From NCBI GenBank assembly GCA_965237415.1, contig CBDEFM010000002.1, positions 576,001 to 640,000 on the forward strand: a stretch of 64,000 nucleotides of DNA. The letters are read 5' to 3'. Shown here in pieces: positions 50,399-58,882 of the stretch. Every line of letters starts with the position of its first letter. Within the stretch, counting starts at the first letter, position 1. The position numbers were made by a program, and so were the translations under genes. The notes beneath the pieces are model-generated. The model was given only the letters and a program-made list of their open reading frames with translations. It had not been told where the DNA came from and ran no database searches. Source of the stretch: Alphaproteobacteria bacterium. GTDB lineage: Bacteria; Pseudomonadota; Alphaproteobacteria; UBA828.

Positions 50399-51378
50399 CG
50401 GGCGTCTTCCAGGCTGGACTCGGCACAGAGCGCGTCGATGGCGCGCCGGGCCGCCTGCGCGTCTGCGACCGAGACGAGGTGGAAGCGGTAGGTGTCGTTC
50501 GGTTTCGACTGGGCGAGCTTCCAGAAGGTCGCCGACGGCACCGTGTAGGGGTTGATGAAACCGCCGGCCGACGGCCCGTCATTGACCAGGATGATCGGCG
50601 TCTGGCCGCAGAGGTTCACGGCGCCCACGGGATAGCCGTGGTCCAGGATGTTGGAGGGATGCTCACCGTGCTCAGGCCCTTTGTCGGTGGCGCGAGCGGC
50701 AAAGGTCCACTCGGGGCCGGAGAGGCGGTAGCCGGTGCGGTTGCTGCGGGCCTGGAGCGTCCAGTCGCTCTCCAGGAACATGCGCTGCCCCGCCTCGTCG
50801 ATCCAGTCGTCGTTGGGGCCGGCGACGACCTCGATCCGCCAGCTATTCTCCAAGGGGATGGACGGTCGGCAGTCCAGGCGCACACGGCGGCCCGATCTGG
50901 CGTCACCGGCGCAGGCGCCGAGAGGCAGGCGCTGACCCTCCTTCACCGCGTGGCCTTCCATGCCGCCCACGCCGGCCATGTGGAAGGTCGAGCGCGAGCC
51001 CAGCACCGGTGCCGTGTCGATGCCGTCACTTGCGGCCAGATAGGCGCGGGCGCCCGTGCGCGCGAACCCTGTCTCCAGCACCGCGCCGGCGGGGACGGCG
51101 ACGCTCTCCCACTGCGGTATAGGAACGCCATCGAGCTTCGGCGCCATCGTAGCGCCGGTGAGCGCGATCACCGCCGCGCGCTCGAATCGGAGCGTGGGCC
51201 CGAGGAATTGGATCTCCAGCCCCGCGGCTTCCTGCGCATTGCCGACCAGCAGGTTGGCCAGGCGGAAGGACCACATGTCGAAGGGTCCAGACGGCGGAAA
51301 ACCCTGCTCCCAGAAGCCGTAGCGGCCGGGAAAATCCTGCACGCAGGTCTCAAGCCCGGCCTTGATCACCTCGATCAT
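50395..51378 (-). CDS. Carboxyltransferase CT-A/B subunit (AHS2/PxpC family)
   Basis: QDFPGRYGFW..GFPPSGPFD, SNRTGYRL, HPSNILD, DGPSAGGF. Confidence 0.88.
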   Translation of the reverse strand: MIEVIKAGLETCVQDFPGRYGFWEQGFPPSGPFDMWSFRLANLLVGNAQEAAGLEIQFLGPTLRFERAAVIALTGATMAPKLDGVPIPQWESVAVPAGAVLETGFARTGARAYLAASDGIDTAPVLGSRSTFHMAGVGGMEGHAVKEGQRLPLGACAGDARSGRRVRLDCRPSIPLENSWRIEVVAGPNDDWIDEAGQRMFLESDWTLQARSNRTGYRLSGPEWTFAARATDKGPEHGEHPSNILDHGYPVGAVNLCGQTPIILVNDGPSAGGFINPYTVPSATFWKLAQSKPNDTYRFHLVSVADAQAARRAIDALCAESSLEDAR

Positions 51379-51613
51379 GGCTGCCGTCCGTCCCGCGCTT
51401 CCCTCATGGCTGGACGCGTTCCGGCGATTCGTGGCTATCGGTCATGCGTGGTCCCGTTCTCCGCACGCCGTCATCCTGCGACCAGCCGATGTCTGGAACA
51501 ACCCCGCTCCGACGAGCGTTCGGCCGCTACGCCGTGGCCATCACCGGGCGGCGCCATCTATGATGTTCTCCAAGAACGAATTCGCGTCGGCGCGGACCGG
51601 AGGAGCAAGCACC

Positions 51614-51838
51614 ATGGACTCCAAGACCCTGCAGGAGGCGGCCCTGAGCCTGCCGCCCGACGAAAGGGCGGCGCTCGCCGAAAAGCTTCTGTCGAGTCTC
51701 GATGAGCCGTCCGAAGCCGAGCTCGAGCGAATCTGGCTTTCGGAGGCGGCCCGCCGCGCCCGCGAACTCGACCGCGGGGATGTGCAAGGGATTTCCGAAG
51801 AGGATGTGCGGCGGAAGGCGCGGTCGCTCCTGCGGTGA
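51614..51838 (+). CDS. Addiction module antitoxin component (TIGR02574-like)
   Basis: ALSLPPDERAALAEKLLSSL..W..EAARR; SD AGGAG; GTGA overlap with the toxin. Confidence 0.88.
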   Translation: MDSKTLQEAALSLPPDERAALAEKLLSSLDEPSEAELERIWLSEAARRARELDRGDVQGISEEDVRRKARSLLR

Positions 51839-52128
51839 CGATCCGGTTCCACCCGGAGGCGGAAGCGGAGCATCTGGAGACTGTCGCCTACTATGAGACC
51901 CGTCGATCTGGGCTCGGCAGCCACTATCTGGCGGCGTTCGAGTAGGCCCTGAAAGCCGTGCGCGCCGACACGCACCGGTTCCGGATCGTCCAGGAGCCGG
52001 ACATTCGCCGGGCGCCCTTGGTGCGGTTCCCTCTTTCCATCATCTATCGGGAGACGAGGGGGAGGATCGAGATACTCGCCGTGGCTCATCACAAGCGGAG
52101 GCCGGCCTACTGGATTGCCCGATCCTGA
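51835..52128 (+). pseudogene. RelE/ParE toxin with in-frame TAG at codon 37
   Basis: MTIRFHPEAEAE..YYE..GLG..F E*ALK...RFPLSIIY...ILAVAHHKRRPAYW; TAG at 51943-51945. Confidence 0.87.
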
Positions 52129-52201
52129 TATGGCGTGTCAGGCATCAGCGTCGGTGAACATGATCACAACCGCCTCAAACGCTGTGTAGGGGCCAGCCGC
52201 A

Positions 52202-53071
52202 CTAGAACCGCACGCTCATGTCGAGGGTCTCGAGCCAGGCGTGATAGGCGCGGATCGAGAATTTGGCGTAGGCCGCGACCTGATGCTCGTAGTCGCCGCT
52301 TTCCACCTGGGCGGTCACATGGTCGTATTCCTCGCGGCCCACGGGCACGAAGCGCACCCGGTCGCCCGGCCTGAGCAGGGCAAGGCGATCGCGGAAGGCG
52401 CGCAAGCGCTGCTCCAGGTCGAACACCGGCACCGGCGAATGGCCGATGATCTGGTAGCCGCCCGGTGTGCGGGCCGGATAGAGGCAGGTGACCGAGCCGC
52501 CGTAGCCGAGGGTGCCTTTGGGCGTCCAGGTGCGGGGTGGGTTGTATTTCGGCGCCGTGAGGCGACAGCGTGGGTCGAGCGCGATGAGCGAGGCGAGGCC
52601 CGGATAGAAACCCAGTGCCGCCACCCAGTATTCCGTGCCCGAATGGATGCGCGCCAGCTGTTCACGGCTCTCCAGGCTATTGAGCCGCACCATGAGGTCG
52701 GGGTCGTACTCCTTTTCGACGATGCGGGCGCAGTAGTCCTCCCAGCAGGCGCGGGTGACGTGGTCGAAATAGAGTACGGGGAAGGTGTAGAGCGGGCTCG
52801 GCAGCTCCACGTCCTCGAGCGAGCCGAGAGAGGCGAAGAGGCCGCCGATCTCGCGCACAACGTCGTCGTAGCCGATCCGATCCGGATCGTAGCTGATGAC
52901 GATCGAGGCCATGTTGGGCAAGAGCTCGATGATGCCGTCGAAATCCGCCTCGCGAACCCGCGCGGTCAGCGCGTGGACCAGGAAGTTAAGATCGAAATTG
53001 AGTTCGTCCCCCAACTCCATCTCGATGAAGCGGTCGCCGCCCGGCGTGAATCGCGGCTCGTTGTAGATCAT
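52202..53071 (-). CDS. Carboxyltransferase CT-C/D subunit (AHS1/PxpB family, urea-carboxylase-like)
   Basis: PGGD, GFYPGL, TAPKYNPPRTWTPKG, TPGGYQIIG; paralog of 49529-50398. Confidence 0.88.
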   Translation of the reverse strand: MIYNEPRFTPGGDRFIEMELGDELNFDLNFLVHALTARVREADFDGIIELLPNMASIVISYDPDRIGYDDVVREIGGLFASLGSLEDVELPSPLYTFPVLYFDHVTRACWEDYCARIVEKEYDPDLMVRLNSLESREQLARIHSGTEYWVAALGFYPGLASLIALDPRCRLTAPKYNPPRTWTPKGTLGYGGSVTCLYPARTPGGYQIIGHSPVPVFDLEQRLRAFRDRLALLRPGDRVRFVPVGREEYDHVTAQVESGDYEHQVAAYAKFSIRAYHAWLETLDMSVRF

Positions 53072-53159
53072 CTTGCGCGCCGGCCTCCGCCGCGTGTGCC
53101 CTCCGGCCGAGAAGCCGGTGCGTTGAGTCGGTTCTAGCGCGATCGGCGGTCCAGCGCCA

Positions 53160-53199
53160 AGCGCCGCGCAGACCATGACCGTGGTGAGAAATGCGGGCT
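53160..53199 (+). repeat. Solo copy of the MITE right end
   Basis: 38/40 identical to 13090-13129. Confidence 0.82.
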
Positions 53200-53260
53200 G
53201 GCGGATCGCCGGCTCTGCTATAACGGGCCGGGCACGCCGGAGCGGGCAGGGGAGAGCACC

Positions 53261-55456
53261 ATGCCGACGATGGAACCGTTGATCTCCGAGACTCCTTGGC
53301 ATCGTCTTGCCGCCGACGAGGACGACTGGCGGGACGAGGACCCGCAAGTCCTGGCGTATCTGCTGGAGCAGCTACTCCTCATCCGCCGCTTCGAGGAGCG
53401 CATCCTGGCGCTCTTCAAGGCGGGCTGCGTACACGGGCCGGCGCACGCGAGCATCGGGCAGGAAGGGGGCGCGGTCGGTGCCATGTCGACACTGACGGAC
53501 GCCGACAAGATCAACGCGACCCACCGCGCCCATCACCAGTTTCTCGCCAAGTTTCTGAACCACGTGGCGCCGGCGGACTACGACCCCCGCGCGGACGAAT
53601 GGCCCGAGGCCATGCAGGAAGTCGTGCACCGCTCCATGGCCGAGATCATGGGGCTCTCGCCCGGCTATTGCGGCGGGCGCGGCGGCTCGATGCACATGCG
53701 CTGGGACGAGGCCGGCGTGCTCGGCACCAACGCCATCGTCGGCGGCAATCCGCCGCAGGCGGTGGGCTACGCGCTCGCCGAAAAGCTGAAGCGTAGCGGC
53801 AACCTGACCGTCACCTTCTTCGGCGACGGCGCGATGCAGAACGGCTCGGCCTACGAATCGCTCAACATGGCCGCGCTCTACGACCTGCCGATCGTCTTCT
53901 TCGTCGAGAACAACCTCTACGGCGTCTCCACCCATGTCTCGGAAACCACGCGCGAGACCCGGCTATCGGCGCGGGGGCAGGGGCTCGCGGTGCCCTCGGT
54001 CGAGGTCGACGGCATGGACGTGATGGCCGTGCGCAAGGCGATGCAGTGGGCGCGCGGCCAGATCGAGGCCGAGAAGGGGCCGGCGCTGGTCGAATCGCTC
54101 ACCTACCGCTACTTCCACCAGCATGGGCCGATGCGGGGCAGCGCCTTCGGCTACCGCGACAAGGACGAGGAGGAGGCCTGGCACGCCCGCGACCCGGCGA
54201 CGACCATGCCGAAGCGCCTGATCGACCTCGGCATCTTGGACGAGGCCGGGGTCGCGGCGCTGGAAGGGCGGGCGCACGCGGCCGTGGAGAGCGCCGCCCA
54301 GGCGCTGACCGAGACAGAGCCGGGCTCCAATCGGCTCCGCGTCGTGCCGGCGCTCTGGCCCGATACGGCGGAGATCGAAATCGGCATCCGCGGCGACCTC
54401 TCTGAGCTGGATGGCATTCGTGCCATGGAGCCGGACGACGTCGATCCCGCCTCGGCGCGCGAGATGACCTACATCGAATCGATCGCCGCCGCCCAGTTCC
54501 ACGCGATGGAGCGGGACGAGACCGTGATCGTGCTTGGCGAGGACGTGCACCGGCTCAAGGGCGGCACGGTGGGCGCCACCAAGGGGATCGGCGAGGCGTA
54601 CCCTGAGCGCCTGATCGGAACGCCGATCGCGGAAAACGGTTTTTGCGGCATGGGGCTGGGTGCTGCGGTCAACGGGCTGCGGCCCATCGTCGAGATCATG
54701 TACGCGGACTTCTGCCTGGTGGCGGCGGACCAGCTCTTCAACCAGGCCGCCAAGGTGCGCCACATGTTCGGCGGCGGCCACGATGCGCCGCTGATCCTGC
54801 GTGCCCGCGTGGCGGCGGGCGGGGGCTACGGCTCGCAGCATTCGATGGACCCGTCGGGCGTCTTCGCGCTCTGGCCGGGCTGGCGCATCGTCGCGCCGAC
54901 CACGCCCTTCGACTACGTGGGGCTCTTCAACAGCGCCGTCCGCTGCAACGACCCGGTGGCGATCATCGAGTGCCAGGCGCTCTATCAGGGCTCAGGCCTG
55001 GTGCCCGACGACCTCGACTACTGCATTCCTTTCGGCAAGGCGCGAATCGTCCGCCCCGGCAGCGCGTGCACGGTGGTGACCTGCGCCAACATGGTGCCCG
55101 TGAGCGTCGCCGCGGCCGAGGAAGCCGGTATCGATGCCGAGGTGATCGACCTGCGCACCCTCGACCCGCTCGGCATGGACTGGGAGACCATCGGGGCAAG
55201 CGTCAGGCGCACCAACCGCCTGCTGATCGTGGAACAGACCGCGCGCGGCCCCTCGCTCGGCGCCCGCATCGCCCAGGAGGCGCAGGAGCGGCTCTTCGAC
55301 TGGCTCGACCACGAGATCCTGCGGGTTTCGGGTTCGCAGGCCGCACCGGTGGTCTCCAAGGTGCTGGAATCCGCGGCCCTCGCCCAGCAGGAGGACGTGA
55401 TCGCGGGCTTGCGCGCCGTCACCGCGGCGGCGGCGCTACCGGAAGCGGCGGAGTAG
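53261..55456 (+). CDS. Fused E1 alpha/beta ThDP-dependent 2-oxoacid/acetoin dehydrogenase
   Basis: HASIGQEG, GRGGSMH, FFGDGA..ENN, GEDV, TPIAE, DQLFNQAAK, SQHS, IDLRTL. Confidence 0.92.
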   Translation: MPTMEPLISETPWHRLAADEDDWRDEDPQVLAYLLEQLLLIRRFEERILALFKAGCVHGPAHASIGQEGGAVGAMSTLTDADKINATHRAHHQFLAKFLNHVAPADYDPRADEWPEAMQEVVHRSMAEIMGLSPGYCGGRGGSMHMRWDEAGVLGTNAIVGGNPPQAVGYALAEKLKRSGNLTVTFFGDGAMQNGSAYESLNMAALYDLPIVFFVENNLYGVSTHVSETTRETRLSARGQGLAVPSVEVDGMDVMAVRKAMQWARGQIEAEKGPALVESLTYRYFHQHGPMRGSAFGYRDKDEEEAWHARDPATTMPKRLIDLGILDEAGVAALEGRAHAAVESAAQALTETEPGSNRLRVVPALWPDTAEIEIGIRGDLSELDGIRAMEPDDVDPASAREMTYIESIAAAQFHAMERDETVIVLGEDVHRLKGGTVGATKGIGEAYPERLIGTPIAENGFCGMGLGAAVNGLRPIVEIMYADFCLVAADQLFNQAAKVRHMFGGGHDAPLILRARVAAGGGYGSQHSMDPSGVFALWPGWRIVAPTTPFDYVGLFNSAVRCNDPVAIIECQALYQGSGLVPDDLDYCIPFGKARIVRPGSACTVVTCANMVPVSVAAAEEAGIDAEVIDLRTLDPLGMDWETIGASVRRTNRLLIVEQTARGPSLGARIAQEAQERLFDWLDHEILRVSGSQAAPVVSKVLESAALAQQEDVIAGLRAVTAAAALPEAAE

Positions 55457-55486
55457 TCTGAGCAGGGAGCGAACGGGAGCTATCGT

Positions 55487-55554
55487 CCCCACCTTGTATC
55501 TCGTCTGATCGCCGTCGGCGTTGTTCTGACGGTGGTGGAAGCGGACGGGAGACC
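55487..55554 (+). repeat. 68-bp repeat copy A (inverted partner at 63036-63103)
   Basis: 59/68 identical to the reverse complement of 63036-63103. Confidence 0.85.
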
Positions 55555-55665
55555 GAACCATGTCCGGTGCGCCGACATCACTTCTTATATGCCGGTGCAT
55601 CGCGGCTTCCTTTACCTGATAGCGATCATGGACTGGGCGAGCCGGTGCGTCCTGGCCTGGCGGCC
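55550..55665 (+). mobile_element. IS3-family transposase (integrase core) remnant
   Basis: RPNHVRCADITSYMPVHRGFLYLIAIMDWASRCVLAWR matches the IS3 OrfB W.aDITY...YL..i.D..SR.i.gW pattern. Confidence 0.82.
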
Positions 55666-55761
55666 TGAACGACAACCGGAATACACTACAGCCGCCGAGC
55701 TGCCCCAAAGGGCGAGGCTACTTCAGCTACGACCGGGCGATCTACTTCGACACCTTCCCCG

Positions 55762-56196
55762 ATGCCGATACACACCGCCGAAGACGCGCGCGAGGCAGCG
55801 GAACGGTTAGGCGCCGGCATCGCCGGGGAGTTGATCGTTACGCTCGGGAGCGACGGCCTCGTCCACCGCGACCGGCGGGGGAGGGTGCGACACCATGCAG
55901 TCCGCCCGGCGCCGCTCATCTCCGCGCACGGCGCCGGCGACGTGTTCGTGGGCGCGCTTTGTGCCCGCATGGCCGCGCTCGCTGCGATGGAAGATGCTAT
56001 TGCCTACGGCCAGGCCGCAGCCGCCCGGTTCGTATCGACCCCTCTCGAGGACCGGGGGATTCTGCGCGCTAGCGAGGGATCGAAAGCCCGCGTCGAACAA
56101 CAATCCTCGGTGCTCCTGATCGAGTCTGGCGCCGATCATGAGCGACAGCGCGCCTCCCGCCTACGACACCCGCCCGCAGCAAGCCGGATGCGCTGA
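55762..56196 (+). pseudogene. C-terminal remnant of a PfkB carbohydrate kinase
   Basis: IVTLGSDG and HGAGDVFVGAL anion-hole motif; N-terminal two thirds missing. Confidence 0.75.
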
Positions 56197-56228
56197 TGAT
56201 GGTCGGCGCTCCCATGTGCAGCCGGCAG

Positions 56229-57521
56229 TCAGCCGGTCGAGCGCGGCCCGGATTGACGGGCGAACCGGACGGTCTTCTCGGCCCAGGGAAGATCGACCCG
56301 GGCCTCGGCAGGCGCCATCGTCGAGATCACTCGGCCGCGGCGGACGACGGAGAGGCGGGGCGGGCGCAGGCGGATCGCCTCCACGGGGTTCTCGGCGTCG
56401 AGCACCACCATGTCCGCGTTGCAGCCGACCGCGATACCGTAGCCCTCAAGGCCCATGATACGCGCGGGGTTCTCGGTGACGGCGCGGAAGCAGGCCTCCA
56501 TCTCGTCATAGCCCGACAGATGCCCGACATGGACCGCCATGTGCGCGACGTCGAGCACGTCCCCACAGTTGAGCGGCCCGACCACGTCCATCACTGAATC
56601 CTGGGCCAGCGCGACGTTGATGCCGGCGGCCATCAGCTCCTTCACGCGGGTCATGCCGCGGCGCTTCGGGTAGGTGTCGTGGCGTCCCATCAGAAGCATG
56701 TTCGCGGTCGGGTTCGCGACAACCTGGAGATCGGCCTCGGCCATCAGCGGGATCAGCTTGGTGACGTAGTAGTTGTCCATCGAGTGCATGGAGCAGAGAT
56801 GCGATCCGGTTGTGCGCCCGTGGAGCCCGAGTCGCACCGTCTCCGCAACCAGCGTCTCGACATGGCGCGATGTCGGATCGTCGGTCTCGTCGCAATGGAG
56901 ATCCACCATAAGGCCGCGCGCCGCCGCGATCTCGCAGAGCGCGCGCACCGATTGCGCGCCTTCGGCTGCCGTCTGCTCGAAGTGGGGGATGCCGCCAACC
57001 ACCTCGACGCCCATGTCGAGGGCGCGTGCCAGGTTCTCCACATAGCCGGGCCGGCGCAGATAACCGTCTTGCGGGAAGGCGACAAGCTGGATGTCGAGGC
57101 TCTCCTTCACCGTCTCCTTGACGTGAAGGAGCGCTTCCACGCCGACCAGCGCGGGGTCGGTGATGTCGACATGGGAGCGGATCGCGAGCAAGCCTTGCGC
57201 GACCGCCCAAGAGCAGTATTCGAGTGCCCGCTCGACGTTCCACTCGAAGGTCAGCTCCGGCCTCAGCTCACCCCAAAGGGCGATCCCCTCGAGCAGCGTT
57301 CCGCTCTGGTTGTAACGCGGATAGCCATAGGTGAGCGTGGTGTCCATGTGGAAATGAGCGTCGACGAAGGGCGGCGTGACCAGCTTTCCGGTCGCGTCGA
57401 TTTCTGTCGTGGCCGTAGCATCCAGCTTCGGCTCGACCGCCGCGATCATGCCGTCGCGCACCCCTATGTCGATGCCTGTGCGGCCGTCAGGCAGCGTCGC
57501 GCCGCGCACAATCAAATCCAT
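56229..57521 (-). CDS. codA: Cytosine deaminase-like amidohydrolase (cytosine/creatinine deaminase family)
   Basis: PPFVDAHFHMD, SGTLLEGI, AFPQDG, GGIPHFE, HCDETDD, KRRGMTRV. Confidence 0.85.
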   Translation of the reverse strand: MDLIVRGATLPDGRTGIDIGVRDGMIAAVEPKLDATATTEIDATGKLVTPPFVDAHFHMDTTLTYGYPRYNQSGTLLEGIALWGELRPELTFEWNVERALEYCSWAVAQGLLAIRSHVDITDPALVGVEALLHVKETVKESLDIQLVAFPQDGYLRRPGYVENLARALDMGVEVVGGIPHFEQTAAEGAQSVRALCEIAAARGLMVDLHCDETDDPTSRHVETLVAETVRLGLHGRTTGSHLCSMHSMDNYYVTKLIPLMAEADLQVVANPTANMLLMGRHDTYPKRRGMTRVKELMAAGINVALAQDSVMDVVGPLNCGDVLDVAHMAVHVGHLSGYDEMEACFRAVTENPARIMGLEGYGIAVGCNADMVVLDAENPVEAIRLRPPRLSVVRRGRVISTMAPAEARVDLPWAEKTVRFARQSGPRSTG

Positions 57522-57817
57522 CGCTCTCCCTCTCGATTTGGTTGGCTGCGCGCCTGGATCGCCGCGCCCAAGCTGGATGGCCCTTCACGATTCCGGTGTC
57601 CGAGATCGTCGCGAAACCCGGTACCTCGTATAACGCAATCGAGCGCTGTTCGTCGCGAATTCGGATGCGCGTCTTGGGTGATCGACACAACAGCACTGCC
57701 GGAACGCGAGCGAGATGTTCTGCCGGCATTAGATCCTCGACAGGAAATGCTTGGTCTACAGTGACGTAGAGAAGCGGTCGCTAAGGGCCCGCACCGTTTC
57801 GAGCGAGGCACGACGCC

Positions 57818-57840
57818 CCACCGTCAGAACGACGCCGACG
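57818..57840 (-). repeat. Third, partial copy of the 68-bp repeat core
   Basis: CCACCGTCAGAACGACGCCGACG is 22/23 identical to the reverse complement of the copy A core. Confidence 0.65.
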
Positions 57841-57913
57841 CGCTGGCCCATAATCGCGCCGCCGTTGACATCGGGGTTTCCGAACGGCCCATATGCAGCG
57901 GGAGGAGAATGCG

Positions 57914-58297
57914 GTGTCGTTCGAGCTGTTCGTCAACGGAACGCTGATGCGGGGCCTCGAGCTCCACGGGAATCTCGAGGGGGCGGAGTTCCTGGGGGAG
58001 GCCCAGACGGCGCCGACCTATCGTGTTTATTCCATCGACGACCGCCATCCAGGCATGTTCGAGGTGGGCGCGGGCGGCGTATCGGTGAAGGGAGAGCTGT
58101 ACCTGGTGGACGACGCGCTGTGGGCGCGCATCGAGGCTGGCGAGCCGCCTCACCTCTATCGCGGGGAGGCGACGCTATCGGACGGCAGGCGCGTGCAGGC
58201 CGTCCTTTACCCACGCGAGCTGGCCGAAGGCCGGCACCGCGACATTTCCGAGTACGGCGGCTGGCGTGCCTATTTGGAGCAACGAAGCGGCGGCTGA
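57914..58297 (+). CDS. Gamma-glutamylcyclotransferase/AIG2-like protein (allophanate hydrolase C-terminal-like)
   Basis: LFVNGTLMRG, GELY, EPPHL, DISEYGGWRAYL; SD GGAGGAG before GTG. Confidence 0.85.
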   Translation: MSFELFVNGTLMRGLELHGNLEGAEFLGEAQTAPTYRVYSIDDRHPGMFEVGAGGVSVKGELYLVDDALWARIEAGEPPHLYRGEATLSDGRRVQAVLYPRELAEGRHRDISEYGGWRAYLEQRSGG

Positions 58298-58304
58298 GCG
58301 TCGC

Positions 58305-58824
58305 CTATTGAATGAGTTCCGGGATTTGGGTCGGACGCGGCGTGCGCGCGACGGCGGGGCGTTCGCAGGGCAGGAACTCTCCGTGCCCGGCGTCTGCGCA
58401 GAGCGCGCCATCGCGCCACACCGGCCGCCCGCGCGACAATGTGACGGCAGGCCATGCCCCAAGCGTCATCCCTTCGTAGGGGGTGTAGTCGCAGTCGTGG
58501 TGCAGCCGGTCATTGGTGACGGTCATGGTCCTGGAAGGCGAAGGGGATGATGGTCGTCGTACCACCGCAGGCGGCCGACCGTGAGCCGGTATAGAAGTTG
58601 TCGGCGATCTCGGCCCCGTCGGGCAGGCGCTGCTCCAGGTGGATGTGACCGTCGATGCCGCCGGGGGTGATCGTCCGGCCCGCGGCGTCGATCTCCTCGC
58701 GCCCCCGGTCGAGGGATGAGGCGATGGCCTCGATCCTCCCGGACAAGATGCCGATGTCGCCGGTGAAGACGTCCGCCGGCGTCGCGATTGTCCCGTTGCG
58801 GATCACCAGATCGAATTCGGTCAC
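58305..58824 (-). pseudogene. hydA: Dihydropyrimidinase with a large internal deletion
   Basis: N-terminus FDLVIRNG..PGGIDGHIH..AACGGTTT joined out of frame near 58530 to C-terminus HHDCDYTPYEG..WP..TLSRG. Confidence 0.87.
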
Positions 58825-58882
58825 GATACCTTCACCTCGCTTCGTTGCCGCCGCTTGTGGTTCCGCGCGCGGGGCGATTGCG

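Noticed and set aside
51943-51945. Pyrrolysine or genetic-code reassignment of TAG
   Set aside because: TAG is a normal stop in many genes here and no pyl genes are present
52140-52185. Minus-strand VVIMFTD resembling a nucleotide cyclase motif
   Set aside because: Only a few codons before a stop; indistinguishable from chance
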